A DNA stretch of 64,000 nt from Schizochytrium sp. TIO01 (GCA_004764695.1 SMSO01000036.1:434001-498000); one strand, 5' to 3'; counted from the stretch's first letter, positions 34,456 through 44,600 are shown. Translations and numbers: made by a program. The notes: a model not told the origin generated them from the sequence alone.

Positions 34456-35826
34456 TTATTCAACGATTTCAACTTCATCGCCGCTACTACTCTCACCCTC
34501 CTTACCATTCTCTTGTAGAAATAATGCAATCTGGGCTTTCGTGTCGTCTTTATAAGCTTCCTGTTTAGAAGCGACACAATCGACTTCATTGTATAAGCAC
34601 TGACCAACCAAACAAGAAGCATGTCTAGCTTGCAACGCATTGTCGTAACCCAAATCAGTTAATTTCTGCCTCGTAGCAACAAATGCTAAATTTCTTTGAC
34701 GAACTTCTTGCTCCAAAGAGGCAGTGGACATTGAAGCAGGTCGCTTCGTCGCACCGACGTTACCTTTTTTTAACTTGTCTATATTTAATTCTAATGAATC
34801 ATTGCTCTTTTCATTCACATCTGACTCAAACGGATCCACCACCGCTGCGACTTCATCCTCAGTATCCCGATCGTCCTCTTCTTCATCATCGCGATATCCA
34901 TCAGAATAAGATCCCCGAGGTTTTTTATTGAAAGGAGCTTTGCGGCGCGTTCTTGTAAAGTCTTCTACCCGCCTAGGCGCCTTTGAACCAGCTCTATTCT
35001 TTTCAGAATTTTCATCTTCGCTTTCGTCATCACTATCAAGGATATGGAAAACATTTTCTTCACTCGTCAAATCAATATCAACTTTCTCCAGTCTATCATT
35101 AATATCTTCAACGCCGTCTTCTCGATTTAGAATCATTTCAGTTTTCTCAATACCATTGACTCTATACGCAAACTCCCAACCCTTGACATGATCATTAGCT
35201 TGGACAGAATATTCAATCAAAGCAAAATTTGTGAATTTCATAACATAAGAGCCAAGTCCAAAGTCTTGCAAAAAAAAATCCTTTGCGTCCGGCTCATGAA
35301 CTATAATTCCGAGTTCCAGGAGACTTTGTAAAAGTGATGAAATGCGACCAATCAGATCATCAGAAAGTTTGCTTAACTGATGTGTCGTCATATAATCATC
35401 CAGATTGATGCCTTCAAGACGTTCTGTGACTATCCTATGTTCTTCATCGATTCTGTTCCTTTGTAATTCATAGATATTGGGTGCTAAATCGAGGGTTGCA
35501 GCCAGATTTTGAGCATTGCAAGCTGCAAGTACTGTGTCTTTAAAAGTGCCACGGACATTTTTCACTTCCAGCGGAAGTCGGAGACCGTCAACATCATATG
35601 TTAGAGCAATTTGATTACCTCTACCATCATCGTGTAAATACTCAACAAAATGGATTTGATTGGTTACTTTTCCATTCGTTGTTCCAAATGATGCAACAGG
35701 ATTCCAATCTCGAATATCATTCACCTGTTGTTGTGAAATGAGTCGCCGCTGCGTCAAAATCTCATCAGGGACATTTTTATCGTTCTCTGCGATATTTCTA
35801 AAGTTTGGTACAAGAGTATGCAACAT
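34456..35826 (-). CDS. Pseudokinase-like protein with acidic C-terminal region
   Basis: AQNLAATLDLAPNIYE...IVTERLEG...LLELGIIVHEPDAKDFFL...MKFTNFA is a kinase-fold pattern with catalytic residues replaced. Confidence 0.6.
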   Translation of the reverse strand: MLHTLVPNFRNIAENDKNVPDEILTQRRLISQQQVNDIRDWNPVASFGTTNGKVTNQIHFVEYLHDDGRGNQIALTYDVDGLRLPLEVKNVRGTFKDTVLAACNAQNLAATLDLAPNIYELQRNRIDEEHRIVTERLEGINLDDYMTTHQLSKLSDDLIGRISSLLQSLLELGIIVHEPDAKDFFLQDFGLGSYVMKFTNFALIEYSVQANDHVKGWEFAYRVNGIEKTEMILNREDGVEDINDRLEKVDIDLTSEENVFHILDSDDESEDENSEKNRAGSKAPRRVEDFTRTRRKAPFNKKPRGSYSDGYRDDEEEDDRDTEDEVAAVVDPFESDVNEKSNDSLELNIDKLKKGNVGATKRPASMSTASLEQEVRQRNLAFVATRQKLTDLGYDNALQARHASCLVGQCLYNEVDCVASKQEAYKDDTKAQIALFLQENGKEGESSSGDEVEIVE

Positions 35827-35891
35827 CTCTCAAAGACAAGCTAAATGCATTCAAACCAATTCACCTGTATCCTATATATGGTTACTGCAAG

Positions 35892-36965
35892 ATGATTCAG
35901 TTTTCTAAACAAACAAACATGGTTTGTGTAGCCGTGCGACATGACTTTGTTAGAGAATGGGACATTCAGTTCATTGAAACGATTGAAAGTATAGAAAATG
36001 TCACTTTAGTCGCGGATTGTAGGAAAGCTGCATTGGCGATCGTTTTGTATCAAACAGACCAAGAGACAGTTCAAAAAATTGAACATCTCTTGGAAAACTA
36101 CCCCCGCCTACTCATTCTGACCAGACTTCTACCCCAACCGATGCCTTATCACACAGATCGCGTTTATATGGTGAATGATAGAATGAGAGACATGTCAATT
36201 GGAACCTTCACCAATTTGATCATGGGGAAACAACATGATGTAGTGCATATCGAATACTCCTTTGTCTATAGACATTTGGCTTCTATCACACATGAGATTA
36301 TTTCAGGCTTGACTGTTGTGGCAATGGTTTTAGGATGGGGTAGAGGGACTCCATTTTATGATCTCTCGATCGATTCATTGACTGAAAGTGAGTATGGCGC
36401 ACACATTAGTTTATCCAACAAGGACAACTTAACCGTTTCTCTTTTTATCAGCTCGGATTGTGTACAGCAATGGTTAGTTGAACAAATCAGAGTCTACACC
36501 AGATCAAATGGAGTATTTACACTAGCGTTAAACGAAAGAGCAGACACCTATGACGAAAGATTTGGCGCCGCTTGGGAAGCTATCATTCACGACATGATGT
36601 CATGTAATCGCTTCTACCAGGATAGGTTATGGTTAATTACTTCAAAACTGCAGCTTCCGCCTACTAGGGACTTCATTGGTGGAAGTACTTGCGTTGGTAC
36701 CACTAGCACTAGTGCCGATGTTCTGGTCCCAGGTCGAACTGACAGTAGAGTACATTTTATGCATGAAAGAAGCGTCCACGGCCCCAGCACCACTCGAGGC
36801 GTTGGCATGCAGATTGTTAAAGACACTGGCAGTACGGTCAACAGCGATAGAATCACTCCCACAGTCCCCTCCAGCCCCGAAAACGCTATTCATAGAGGGG
36901 ACCGCTCTGGCAGTACTCTCCCTTCCTTTATAAAATCCATCTTCCAGAGACACCATCGAACTTAG
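35892..36965 (+). CDS. Hypothetical viral protein, possibly a degenerate Gfo/Idh/MocA-like oxidoreductase fold
   Basis: Long ORF with first ATG at 35892. The pattern VYMVNDRMRD...THEII...EQIRVYTRSNG...YDERFGAAW weakly recalls the Gfo/Idh/MocA C-terminal domain, but there is no GxGxxG motif. Confidence 0.5.
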   Translation: MIQFSKQTNMVCVAVRHDFVREWDIQFIETIESIENVTLVADCRKAALAIVLYQTDQETVQKIEHLLENYPRLLILTRLLPQPMPYHTDRVYMVNDRMRDMSIGTFTNLIMGKQHDVVHIEYSFVYRHLASITHEIISGLTVVAMVLGWGRGTPFYDLSIDSLTESEYGAHISLSNKDNLTVSLFISSDCVQQWLVEQIRVYTRSNGVFTLALNERADTYDERFGAAWEAIIHDMMSCNRFYQDRLWLITSKLQLPPTRDFIGGSTCVGTTSTSADVLVPGRTDSRVHFMHERSVHGPSTTRGVGMQIVKDTGSTVNSDRITPTVPSSPENAIHRGDRSGSTLPSFIKSIFQRHHRT

Positions 36966-37388
36966 AAGATTAACGGATGGGGTATGATCATTTAAAACGA
37001 CATACATGTCATAGAACATGACACAAAACATTGCTAAATAGCTCAGAGGGATCACGAAGTGGGAGTATTCGTAGGACTCCAAAGGTATCATGATGATCCC
37101 TACCATCACATAAATGGCAAAATAAATTGTGATGATTTGGTACTTGTTTATTTTAAATTTCTCAGAGGATTTCATCATCCCCGTCCTATCAAGCAGGCCA
37201 TTTTTCAAGAGAAGGAATAGCAACAAGAAAAAAACAGTTTGAGATACGATGATCAATAGTTCTGTTGATGTATTATGTCCAATACTTTCTTCCTCTCCCA
37301 CACCTCGACCATCGCCAGCAGCCTCATTCGTGACAAAAAACTGGCCATCCAGTCCACTACTTGCATCTTGATCGCTTTGATCATCCAT
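36642..37388 (-). CDS. Predicted three-TM membrane protein
   Basis: ATG at 37388 and three hydrophobic segments (LLIIVSQTVFFLLLFLLL; IITIYFAIYVMVGIIMIPL; FVIPLSYLAMFCVMFY). Its 3' end overlaps the convergent ORF by ~320 nt. Confidence 0.6.
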   Translation of the reverse strand: MDDQSDQDASSGLDGQFFVTNEAAGDGRGVGEEESIGHNTSTELLIIVSQTVFFLLLFLLLKNGLLDRTGMMKSSEKFKINKYQIITIYFAIYVMVGIIMIPLESYEYSHFVIPLSYLAMFCVMFYDMYVVLNDHTPSVNLLSSMVSLEDGFYKGRESTARAVPSMNSVFGAGGDCGSDSIAVDRTASVFNNLHANASSGAGAVDASFMHKMYSTVSSTWDQNIGTSASGTNASTSTNEVPSRRKLQF

Positions 37389-37460
37389 GATAATTGAAAC
37401 GAAAATCAATATTTACTTACACGACTTATTGTTAATATATTACCATTTGAAAACTTGAGA

Positions 37461-38102
37461 TTATCTTGCAAAGCGCTTGGCACGCTGCATCGCCCGCAAA
37501 ATGTATTCTTGTCTCCCGCTCCTGTTCAATTTACTATGACTTTGCTCCTTGAGAGGATCAACTCTACTGACAAAGCCCTTGTACAGCCGGGTGTCATCAA
37601 TTGCCAGATCTGACAACACATTGATCATTCTCAACACATCACCTAAAGCGGTGTGTGCGGGGAGAGGACATTGACTATGTCTCGAAAGATGGCTTAACTT
37701 GTAAGACTTCAATCCAGGTGAACGACTCCTCGCAACATCTAAGAGATCTACATAACTATCAAATTCTGAGAGTAACTTATAGTTACGCAAAACTGATAAA
37801 TCATGGGGAGCGTGCCAGAAACATAAACACACGCGGGAACATTCATGGTATTCTTTAATGTATTGCATGGTTCTCAGATGAGTGCGAATCGAATTCTGTA
37901 AATCGACCGTACAATCTTTATAATTCTGAGGAGCTGCAAAGTGACACGTATGGTGTAGATTACTATCAATGATGGAAAAATCACTGTCATCGATCACATA
38001 CTTAAACACCACCGCCATGTTCCATAAGGACGATTTGCTATTTACCCTTAGCGGAGAACCTTCCGTATCTGCGAACCCAAGAAGAGTTCTCGAAGAAAAC
38101 AT
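37461..38102 (-). CDS. DEDDh-family 3'-5' exonuclease (divergent)
   Basis: FADTEG (ExoI), WHAPHDLSVL (ExoII), YVDLLDVAR, SYKLSHL and AHTALGDV (ExoIII). Confidence 0.8.
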   Translation of the reverse strand: MFSSRTLLGFADTEGSPLRVNSKSSLWNMAVVFKYVIDDSDFSIIDSNLHHTCHFAAPQNYKDCTVDLQNSIRTHLRTMQYIKEYHECSRVCLCFWHAPHDLSVLRNYKLLSEFDSYVDLLDVARSRSPGLKSYKLSHLSRHSQCPLPAHTALGDVLRMINVLSDLAIDDTRLYKGFVSRVDPLKEQSHSKLNRSGRQEYILRAMQRAKRFAR

Positions 38103-38147
38103 ATCTATTACAAAACCTAAATCAGTTTTTATTTATTTATATGTCAT

Positions 38148-40079
38148 TTAATTGTTTATTTCCAACGATTCAGCTTCCTTCCTCAAATATTCTTCCAAGT
38201 CTTCGACCGATTCTTTAATTGCTTCCAAGTCATCCATGGGATCTGAAGAAGCTTCTACATCCCCTTCCTCCTCTTCAACATCCTCGTCGTCAGAGTACTC
38301 GTAGTCTTCATTGTCATCGTTGCTTGCTTGTTCGTCTGGTTCTTCGAATTCCAACTTTGCTTGCTCTTCGGTTGCCTTATAAAGATCGTTTTCCCATTGA
38401 TTATCCAACTGCGCATCCAACATTTCCATATTCCTTTCTAGTTCCTCATGAGCTTCCAATTCTCGCTTTGTGGGCATTTTATCTTCCAACAGGGTCATAT
38501 TATTGAATAACTCTTCGACGGTCGAATCACTTGGAGTTTCATCCATCTCAACAGGTTCTTCGAGGGATGGTTTATCAAAAGTGATTGAATTGTTCGATCT
38601 GTGCTCCTCATCATCATCCTCAGCAAGAGATTCCGCATCGAAGTCCATGTTTGCATACCTTTCAAGTTCATTCAAGTTGTCCTTCATACTGTTATAATGA
38701 TGATCATAGTTTTTCAATGCAACATCGCCGCCATCTTGACCGTAGTCGTCTTCTTCGGAAGGGCTTGGATCCTTCGGTCCGTAATCATGTCCATCATACT
38801 CCACACCATCATCTCCTCCCCAATAGGAGTAATCAAAATCGTCATCGGCCAAAGAGGATGCAGTTGTTGCTCTGGAGTCACCTAAATACGCCGCAGTGAA
38901 TGTTCGTTCAATATCATCCCGCATTTCTAATCTTTTGTCCCCATTCATCAATTCATCATTATCATCGCTTTCATCTTCCAAATACTGTGATCCCTTACCA
39001 AGGTTAACATTTGTATCCCTCCGTTGATGATGGGTTGAATGTTTCGAAATACTATCAAGAATTGCACTTGATAGTTCGTCTTTCATGACATCTGAATCAG
39101 ACTCAGACTCAGACTCAGACTCAGACTCAGACTCAGACTCAGACTCAGACTCAGACTCAGACTCAGACTCAGAAGCGTACTTAGGTTTAGACTTGTTTTC
39201 ATAAATTGTCTTAAGAGATAGAGGTGGCCTTTTTAATGATTTTCTTTGTTTCTCACCGCGCAAATGCCTTTGCATTTTACCCCCCTTGGACGATGGCTTT
39301 AAAGATTTAGAGCGAGAAGAAAGATTAACAGGCGTCGCCATTCTAAAGATATCTCTATCGCGATATGTATCCCTCCTCATTGAAGGTTTTTTAGGTCCGC
39401 CCAATCCCCTTTTAGACCTCACCTTTGTAGAAATCATAGAAGGTTCGAGAAAACTCACATCTCCATTGGTTTTCATATTATTATTTGTAGCCAATTCAAG
39501 CGGATGTCGGATATCTGTTATTACATAACCTCTACTTCTCCTTGCTGCAGCAGCTTCTCCAGTCTTTCCTTTCTTGGGTCTTAATGGAGAATCCTTAATT
39601 AAATTTGCAAGTCTCGCACTTCTTCTTGGTTTCTGCGGCGTTTGAGGGGGTCCCGCACTCGTTTTTACATTCGAATCGCTTTTCAATTGCTCTAGTAAAA
39701 ACTCCGCATAGATCGTATTGAAGTATTTCTTTTCCAAAGCAAGAGATTGTGATTTTGCATCCTCACCTAATACAAACTTGTTTAAGGCAACACCACGAAT
39801 GATATCAACCAAAGCACTTCTTTGAGAGGTCGATGTCTCACTTGCTGTAAGAGCCTTGATCAACATAGTAACCTGAGCGGGTGTACAAACATCAAGAAGC
39901 TCTTCAATGTACCCATTATACAATTCTTCTTTGGTTATGATAAAGGCTAGAGTATCAATCGCATGAACATCTGAAATGACTCTATTGCTTTTGTCGTTAG
40001 TCAATTGTAAACCTTTCAAGTATTCCCTTAAGCCGTCCGCGTCGCTCACATCGTGGATTTCTTTGATCATGATTGCCAC
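38148..40079 (-). CDS. Hypothetical protein with a basic central region, (SE)n repeat and very acidic C-terminal half
   Basis: 643-aa ORF with a K/R-rich middle (RRSARL, KRKSLKRP), an (SE)n tract from (GACTCA)n at ~39095-39172, and a D/E-rich tail. Confidence 0.75.
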   Translation of the reverse strand: MAIMIKEIHDVSDADGLREYLKGLQLTNDKSNRVISDVHAIDTLAFIITKEELYNGYIEELLDVCTPAQVTMLIKALTASETSTSQRSALVDIIRGVALNKFVLGEDAKSQSLALEKKYFNTIYAEFLLEQLKSDSNVKTSAGPPQTPQKPRRSARLANLIKDSPLRPKKGKTGEAAAARRSRGYVITDIRHPLELATNNNMKTNGDVSFLEPSMISTKVRSKRGLGGPKKPSMRRDTYRDRDIFRMATPVNLSSRSKSLKPSSKGGKMQRHLRGEKQRKSLKRPPLSLKTIYENKSKPKYASESESESESESESESESESESESESDSDVMKDELSSAILDSISKHSTHHQRRDTNVNLGKGSQYLEDESDDNDELMNGDKRLEMRDDIERTFTAAYLGDSRATTASSLADDDFDYSYWGGDDGVEYDGHDYGPKDPSPSEEDDYGQDGGDVALKNYDHHYNSMKDNLNELERYANMDFDAESLAEDDDEEHRSNNSITFDKPSLEEPVEMDETPSDSTVEELFNNMTLLEDKMPTKRELEAHEELERNMEMLDAQLDNQWENDLYKATEEQAKLEFEEPDEQASNDDNEDYEYSDDEDVEEEEGDVEASSDPMDDLEAIKESVEDLEEYLRKEAESLEINN

Positions 40080-40157
40080 TACTTTACGCTCTCATTGAAA
40101 ATGTATGCTTCGTTTTCCATATATACTCACACCTCTCCTAAGTCAGCAAAATACAAC

Positions 40158-40793
40158 ATGTCGACTTGTGCAAAGATATCTTTCAGGAAAACCAATCATG
40201 TTATTACAGTAAAGACACACGGCCGGCGGTGCATCAAAGAAACCTTTGCGACACTCGGCTATGGCAAACACACTCCTTGTTCTTTTAGTGCACTCACCCT
40301 TAAACACAAAAAACCGGCTGCGACGATCATTATATTTTCAACCGGAAACATCACAATCATGGGATGTAGCTCAATGTGGGGTGCACTCTTTGTACTCCAC
40401 AAAATAAAAAAGCAGCTGTCCTTGGATATCATTAACATTAAACTTACAAACGTGGTAGTTACATTCTCTCAAAACAGACTTCAAGTTGATAACTTGTATG
40501 AATGGGATCAAAGGAATTGTTCCTGTGACATGCAGCTCTTTCCTTCTTGCACCTACACAATTCCAAACACCAAAATTAAAGCGAACTTTTTTAATAGCGG
40601 TGCTGTGGTAGTTGCGGGGTGTAACAGCGATGAAATGGTAAAAAATGTTATTCGCGGATTAATAACTCTTATACATGACTTTAGGAATACAACACCTGCA
40701 GGGAAAGAACATTTTTTTTTAAAAATAGAAAGCTCACTTACGCAAAACCCTAATACTAAAAATAATCATGAACACCCCGTGTGTGAACTGTAA
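40158..40793 (+). CDS. TBP: Divergent TATA-binding protein (viral)
   Basis: Two TBP repeats: TNHVIT...FSALTLKHKKPAATIIIFSTGNITIMG and TNVVVT...LFPSCTYTI...KANFFNSGAVVVAGC. Likely ATG is at 40158. Confidence 0.9.
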   Translation: MSTCAKISFRKTNHVITVKTHGRRCIKETFATLGYGKHTPCSFSALTLKHKKPAATIIIFSTGNITIMGCSSMWGALFVLHKIKKQLSLDIINIKLTNVVVTFSQNRLQVDNLYEWDQRNCSCDMQLFPSCTYTIPNTKIKANFFNSGAVVVAGCNSDEMVKNVIRGLITLIHDFRNTTPAGKEHFFLKIESSLTQNPNTKNNHEHPVCEL

Positions 40794-41550
40794 AAGCATT
40801 CGCTACGTTTTCGACCAAAAGGAAGCGAATCTCGTTTGTACAGTCTGTGGCATTGTGAAAACGTATAGAGACAATTTTGCAGATATTGATTACAGCAACC
40901 AGCCCGCCGTTAGTTCCTCATCGAAAAGAGTCACCAAAAACTATCAAATACTCGTTGATAGGGTCTTCCCTAATGATGTCAAATTTAGAAAGTTTAAAAA
41001 AATCATCCTGAACTACTGTGAAGAGCTAGACCTCCCTTCACGCATTTCTAACAAATGCACACTTCTTTTGAAAAAGAACTTTGACACTCTACGCAGGGTA
41101 AGACCTCAGAACATTGCTTTGTTGGCATTAATCTTGATTGTTTCTAGAACAACTGAAGGTGTGTTCGTACCACCCGCAAGCGTGCGCTCAGTTACGAATG
41201 TTGACTCGTCTAAAATTAACCATGTCTTGAAAGAAGTTTCTAAAATTTTAGGAATCAATTCTTTCACAATGATCACTTCTTCCATACCCTTTTTAATTTC
41301 CTGCATGAAACTTCCCTATAGGTACACTGGTGAACTGAAATTACTGTACAAGAAGGCGTGCATTAAATACCCATCCATGAACCCTAACACGCGGATGGCA
41401 CTCTGCGTTTACCAAATCTCAATTCAAACAAAATCAGACTTCAGCATTGTTGATATTGCATATCATACAGATACACACGTCGCAAGTATCATGAAATATG
41501 TAGACCTTCAACAACAAAGAACAACAAAAGCGTCAGATGATAACAAATAA
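40768..41550 (+). CDS. TFIIB: Transcription initiation factor TFIIB-like (viral)
   Basis: N-terminal zinc ribbon CVNC...FDQKEANLVCTVCGIV, then cyclin-fold repeats (ILNYCEELDLPSRI...; ...SIVDIAYHT). Directly downstream of TBP. Confidence 0.88.
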   Translation: MNTPCVNCKSIRYVFDQKEANLVCTVCGIVKTYRDNFADIDYSNQPAVSSSSKRVTKNYQILVDRVFPNDVKFRKFKKIILNYCEELDLPSRISNKCTLLLKKNFDTLRRVRPQNIALLALILIVSRTTEGVFVPPASVRSVTNVDSSKINHVLKEVSKILGINSFTMITSSIPFLISCMKLPYRYTGELKLLYKKACIKYPSMNPNTRMALCVYQISIQTKSDFSIVDIAYHTDTHVASIMKYVDLQQQRTTKASDDNK

Positions 41551-41563
41551 TAAAAATGTTGAG

Positions 41564-42595
41564 TTAAATCGTTCCAATTGCAACACCTTTCAATTCAATG
41601 GTTGTATTTTCATGTTGTTCAACATCAAGTGAAGTTGACCTTTGGTAGCGATTGTCACTTTGTTCCCGATCGAGTGGAAAACTAGTAGCTTCACTTTCAT
41701 AGTCCATTCTCCTCGCCATCCTTGCTTTTCTTAATTTGCCCACGATTGATACGAATGGCGATGCTAACAAATATGCTAATGCGATTCCATAAGTTGAAAA
41801 CAGAATAAAACTGGACACTTGCACTATCACAGACTCTCCAACGAAAAGTATAAGAAATGAACAGCAACAAACGAGAAAGGGAATCAGCACCACAATAGCA
41901 CAAGGGTTCTTCACTAGCCTCTCTGATATACAAATACCACCGAAGGAATAAAAGAAGAAGGCAATAGAGCCCATCATTGCAACTCCAACAAGGCTGGACT
42001 GGATCCAATTGAGGAAAGTGATCTCTAAAGGTCCGAAACAGGTTTCCGATCCGTTGCTAAAGGTCACACATGTCGAATACTTCTCAAAACATGAAATGTT
42101 ACTCACTTCTGTAGAAAAATCACTATGCACTGCATTTTCAAAAAGGTCGACTAGTATGTTATAACCATTAAATGGAGTACCTAATTCAACAACAGTACCA
42201 TCAGCTCGAGTGCTAGGATCGGAATCAGAAACCCATGGAGTCAATGGGTTATAAAGTTTGGAGCTACCTACAGCGTTAGATTTATACACATAGCCGGAGC
42301 AAGTCAACACATATTCATCGTCTGTGAAGGTTACACAGTAATGATACTCACACATCATTAATTGCCTAACGTTGTGATATTGGATGATAGTATCATAACC
42401 TCTATTTGCACACAGCATATTCCCCGTGTCAGTGTTTAGATTGCATGACACGATATTATTGCCGACCACCTCTACCCCTGATTCTTCAGTGGTACCGTCG
42501 GACGTCGTCACTGAAACATCTGAAGAACCTAAAGCAGGTCCAACGATACAGAGTAGTGCTGTGAATACGAGACAATAAGCGGTTGAAACATACAT
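41564..42595 (-). CDS. Membrane protein: signal peptide, Cys-rich ectodomain, three C-terminal TM helices
   Basis: N-terminal hydrophobic signal (CLVFTALLCIVGPALG), Cys-rich repeats, three hydrophobic segments followed by KLRKAR. Confidence 0.75.
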   Translation of the reverse strand: MYVSTAYCLVFTALLCIVGPALGSSDVSVTTSDGTTEESGVEVVGNNIVSCNLNTDTGNMLCANRGYDTIIQYHNVRQLMMCEYHYCVTFTDDEYVLTCSGYVYKSNAVGSSKLYNPLTPWVSDSDPSTRADGTVVELGTPFNGYNILVDLFENAVHSDFSTEVSNISCFEKYSTCVTFSNGSETCFGPLEITFLNWIQSSLVGVAMMGSIAFFFYSFGGICISERLVKNPCAIVVLIPFLVCCCSFLILFVGESVIVQVSSFILFSTYGIALAYLLASPFVSIVGKLRKARMARRMDYESEATSFPLDREQSDNRYQRSTSLDVEQHENTTIELKGVAIGTI

Positions 42596-42689
42596 TTGGA
42601 GAGCTTAATCCAAGAACCCTCCCCCGCTCAACAGAACCAAACAAAAATCTAATGCAAACTCGAAACGACAAGCAGCCGCTATTAAAAAC

Positions 42690-43649
42690 ATGAAAGTTCT
42701 TCATATTATATACGATTTGGAAACGACCGGTTTTCGGAACATGCCAATGTTTAGTAAAAATCATAAGATTCTACAAATATGTGCAAAAATTGTAGATGGA
42801 CCCATTTTTACATCATTCGTCAATCCTGGTTTTAAGGGAGGAATTCCTCCTAATTCTTCATTGATTCACAACATTCATGACCAAGACATCAAAGATGCAC
42901 CCACCATCGAACAGGTTGTTGCTAAAATGTTTAAAGAGTTCCACGTCGAGGATTTCGATTATGTGGAAATGATTGCTCACAATAACACATATTTTGATCA
43001 ATTAATTCTCCTCAAAGAGTTGAATGGTGTTGTTCCTCAACAAATTAAATTTTGGGACTCTTTACCTTGGTTAAGGAAAAATTACCCCAATATGAAATCA
43101 TTTAGATTGGGGGATGTTCATGAGGTCATGTTTGGCAAACCTATTGAGAATGCGCACCGAGCTGATGCAGACGTTCTCGCTTTGGAAAACATCTATAAAG
43201 AATGGATTGCACCGAAGCGCGATCTGCTTAAGGAACTTGATGATCTTGAGAACGAAGAAACGATTGTAGATGAGTGTCTCACTTGTATCAGATATGTTGG
43301 ACCTTGGAGAGCTAATTTAATGTGTGAAAAGGGGCATTTTGATTCCGTATCAGGTCTGAGAAATTTTGCATATGGCATACTAAAGACTGGTGACAAGCGC
43401 GGATTTGACAGATGGCTAAGGGATAAAATTAAAATGAAAGATATCACACAGAGAGCCTTTATTGTCTCACATGTTTTGGACATCCCCCCCTGGGCTTCTG
43501 ACATTCAAGAGTACCTACTTATGAGCACAGTGGAGCCTGAGTGTTGGAATGACATTGATTATTATGTAAAGTATAGATATAAGCTTCAAAAAGAAGCACC
43601 GAATCAGTGTGCGTTTGGTAGAGGACTCATGAATATAAACTCTGAATAG
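42690..43649 (+). CDS. DEDDh 3'-5' exonuclease (DnaQ/Pol III epsilon-like) with C-terminal extension
   Basis: YDLETTG, ILQIC, FVNP, IHNI, IAHNNTYFD, WDSL and AHRADADV motifs. Confidence 0.92.
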   Translation: MKVLHIIYDLETTGFRNMPMFSKNHKILQICAKIVDGPIFTSFVNPGFKGGIPPNSSLIHNIHDQDIKDAPTIEQVVAKMFKEFHVEDFDYVEMIAHNNTYFDQLILLKELNGVVPQQIKFWDSLPWLRKNYPNMKSFRLGDVHEVMFGKPIENAHRADADVLALENIYKEWIAPKRDLLKELDDLENEETIVDECLTCIRYVGPWRANLMCEKGHFDSVSGLRNFAYGILKTGDKRGFDRWLRDKIKMKDITQRAFIVSHVLDIPPWASDIQEYLLMSTVEPECWNDIDYYVKYRYKLQKEAPNQCAFGRGLMNINSE

Positions 43650-43689
43650 TACAGCTTTTGAAATAAAACAAACGATTGATCAAAGGTTG

Positions 43690-44600
43690 TCCTTGGTGGG
43701 CGAGGGTATCCATCTTTCTATAACTGCACAACTACTCTCAACTTACGGTGATCAAAAGATGAGTAGTCAAACCTCTACCACTGGCGAAAATCGTTCTTTA
43801 CACAACACTGCTCAATCAAACGACCGATCTTCAATTGTCCTCTCCTGCCTAGCACTGCCTGCACAAATCGCTTGATCAAGGTCTACTGAGAGGACCGATC
43901 TTCTCTTCTCCTACCTACCGGCACGAGCCAGCACAACCTTCGACTTACGCAATCAAACGATGCATGGAAAGTTGTCCTTGGCCTTGGCGAGCGAGGGTAT
44001 CGATCTTACCCACTTGCATCGATTCATCACAACGTTTGACTTGCGTGGAGGGAGAGATGGGTGGAATGAGCGCGTGTGCGTGCGCACACAAGGCAAACGG
44101 CGCGTGCGAGGAGAGAAATAGATTCGTAGACGCCACGGCCACGCCACCAGCCACGGCATCAAAGTTATGCAACAAAGCAGACTTTAATTCGCGGATTATG
44201 GGTTTCGCAAAATACTAGCTAGTAATTTAAAAAAAAGAATACTTAGCATATTATTTCACCTATATAGATCGTAATGATATTCAGAGCTTGTTTTATAGTT
44301 TATCCCTCGTGCAGTGTAGAAGAAGACATGGGTTTGTGTGTAAGAAACAAATAAATAAGTAAGAATATCTACTAGTACCATTCATTAGTAAATCAAGTAT
44401 AAACAATAGAGGAAGCATCCAAACCTAGTTCTCAAGAGCAGCAAAACCCAATCGTTCGAACACCTCAAAAATCGTTCGAACACCATGATAGGTGCTACTA
44501 TCAAGGGATTAAAAAATGCAGCCTCCAAGATCACCAACCAGACAAGGAGTGCCGCTAGAAGACGAGAACCCCGCCTCTCATCAATTCAGATGTTCACAAC
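43690..44600 (+). repeat. Dispersed direct repeat, copy 1 (leader/promoter plus first codons of the REase-kinase gene)
   Basis: Matches ~55340-56330. Nearly identical from ~44190 to 44600, with many short indels in the distal part. Confidence 0.95.
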
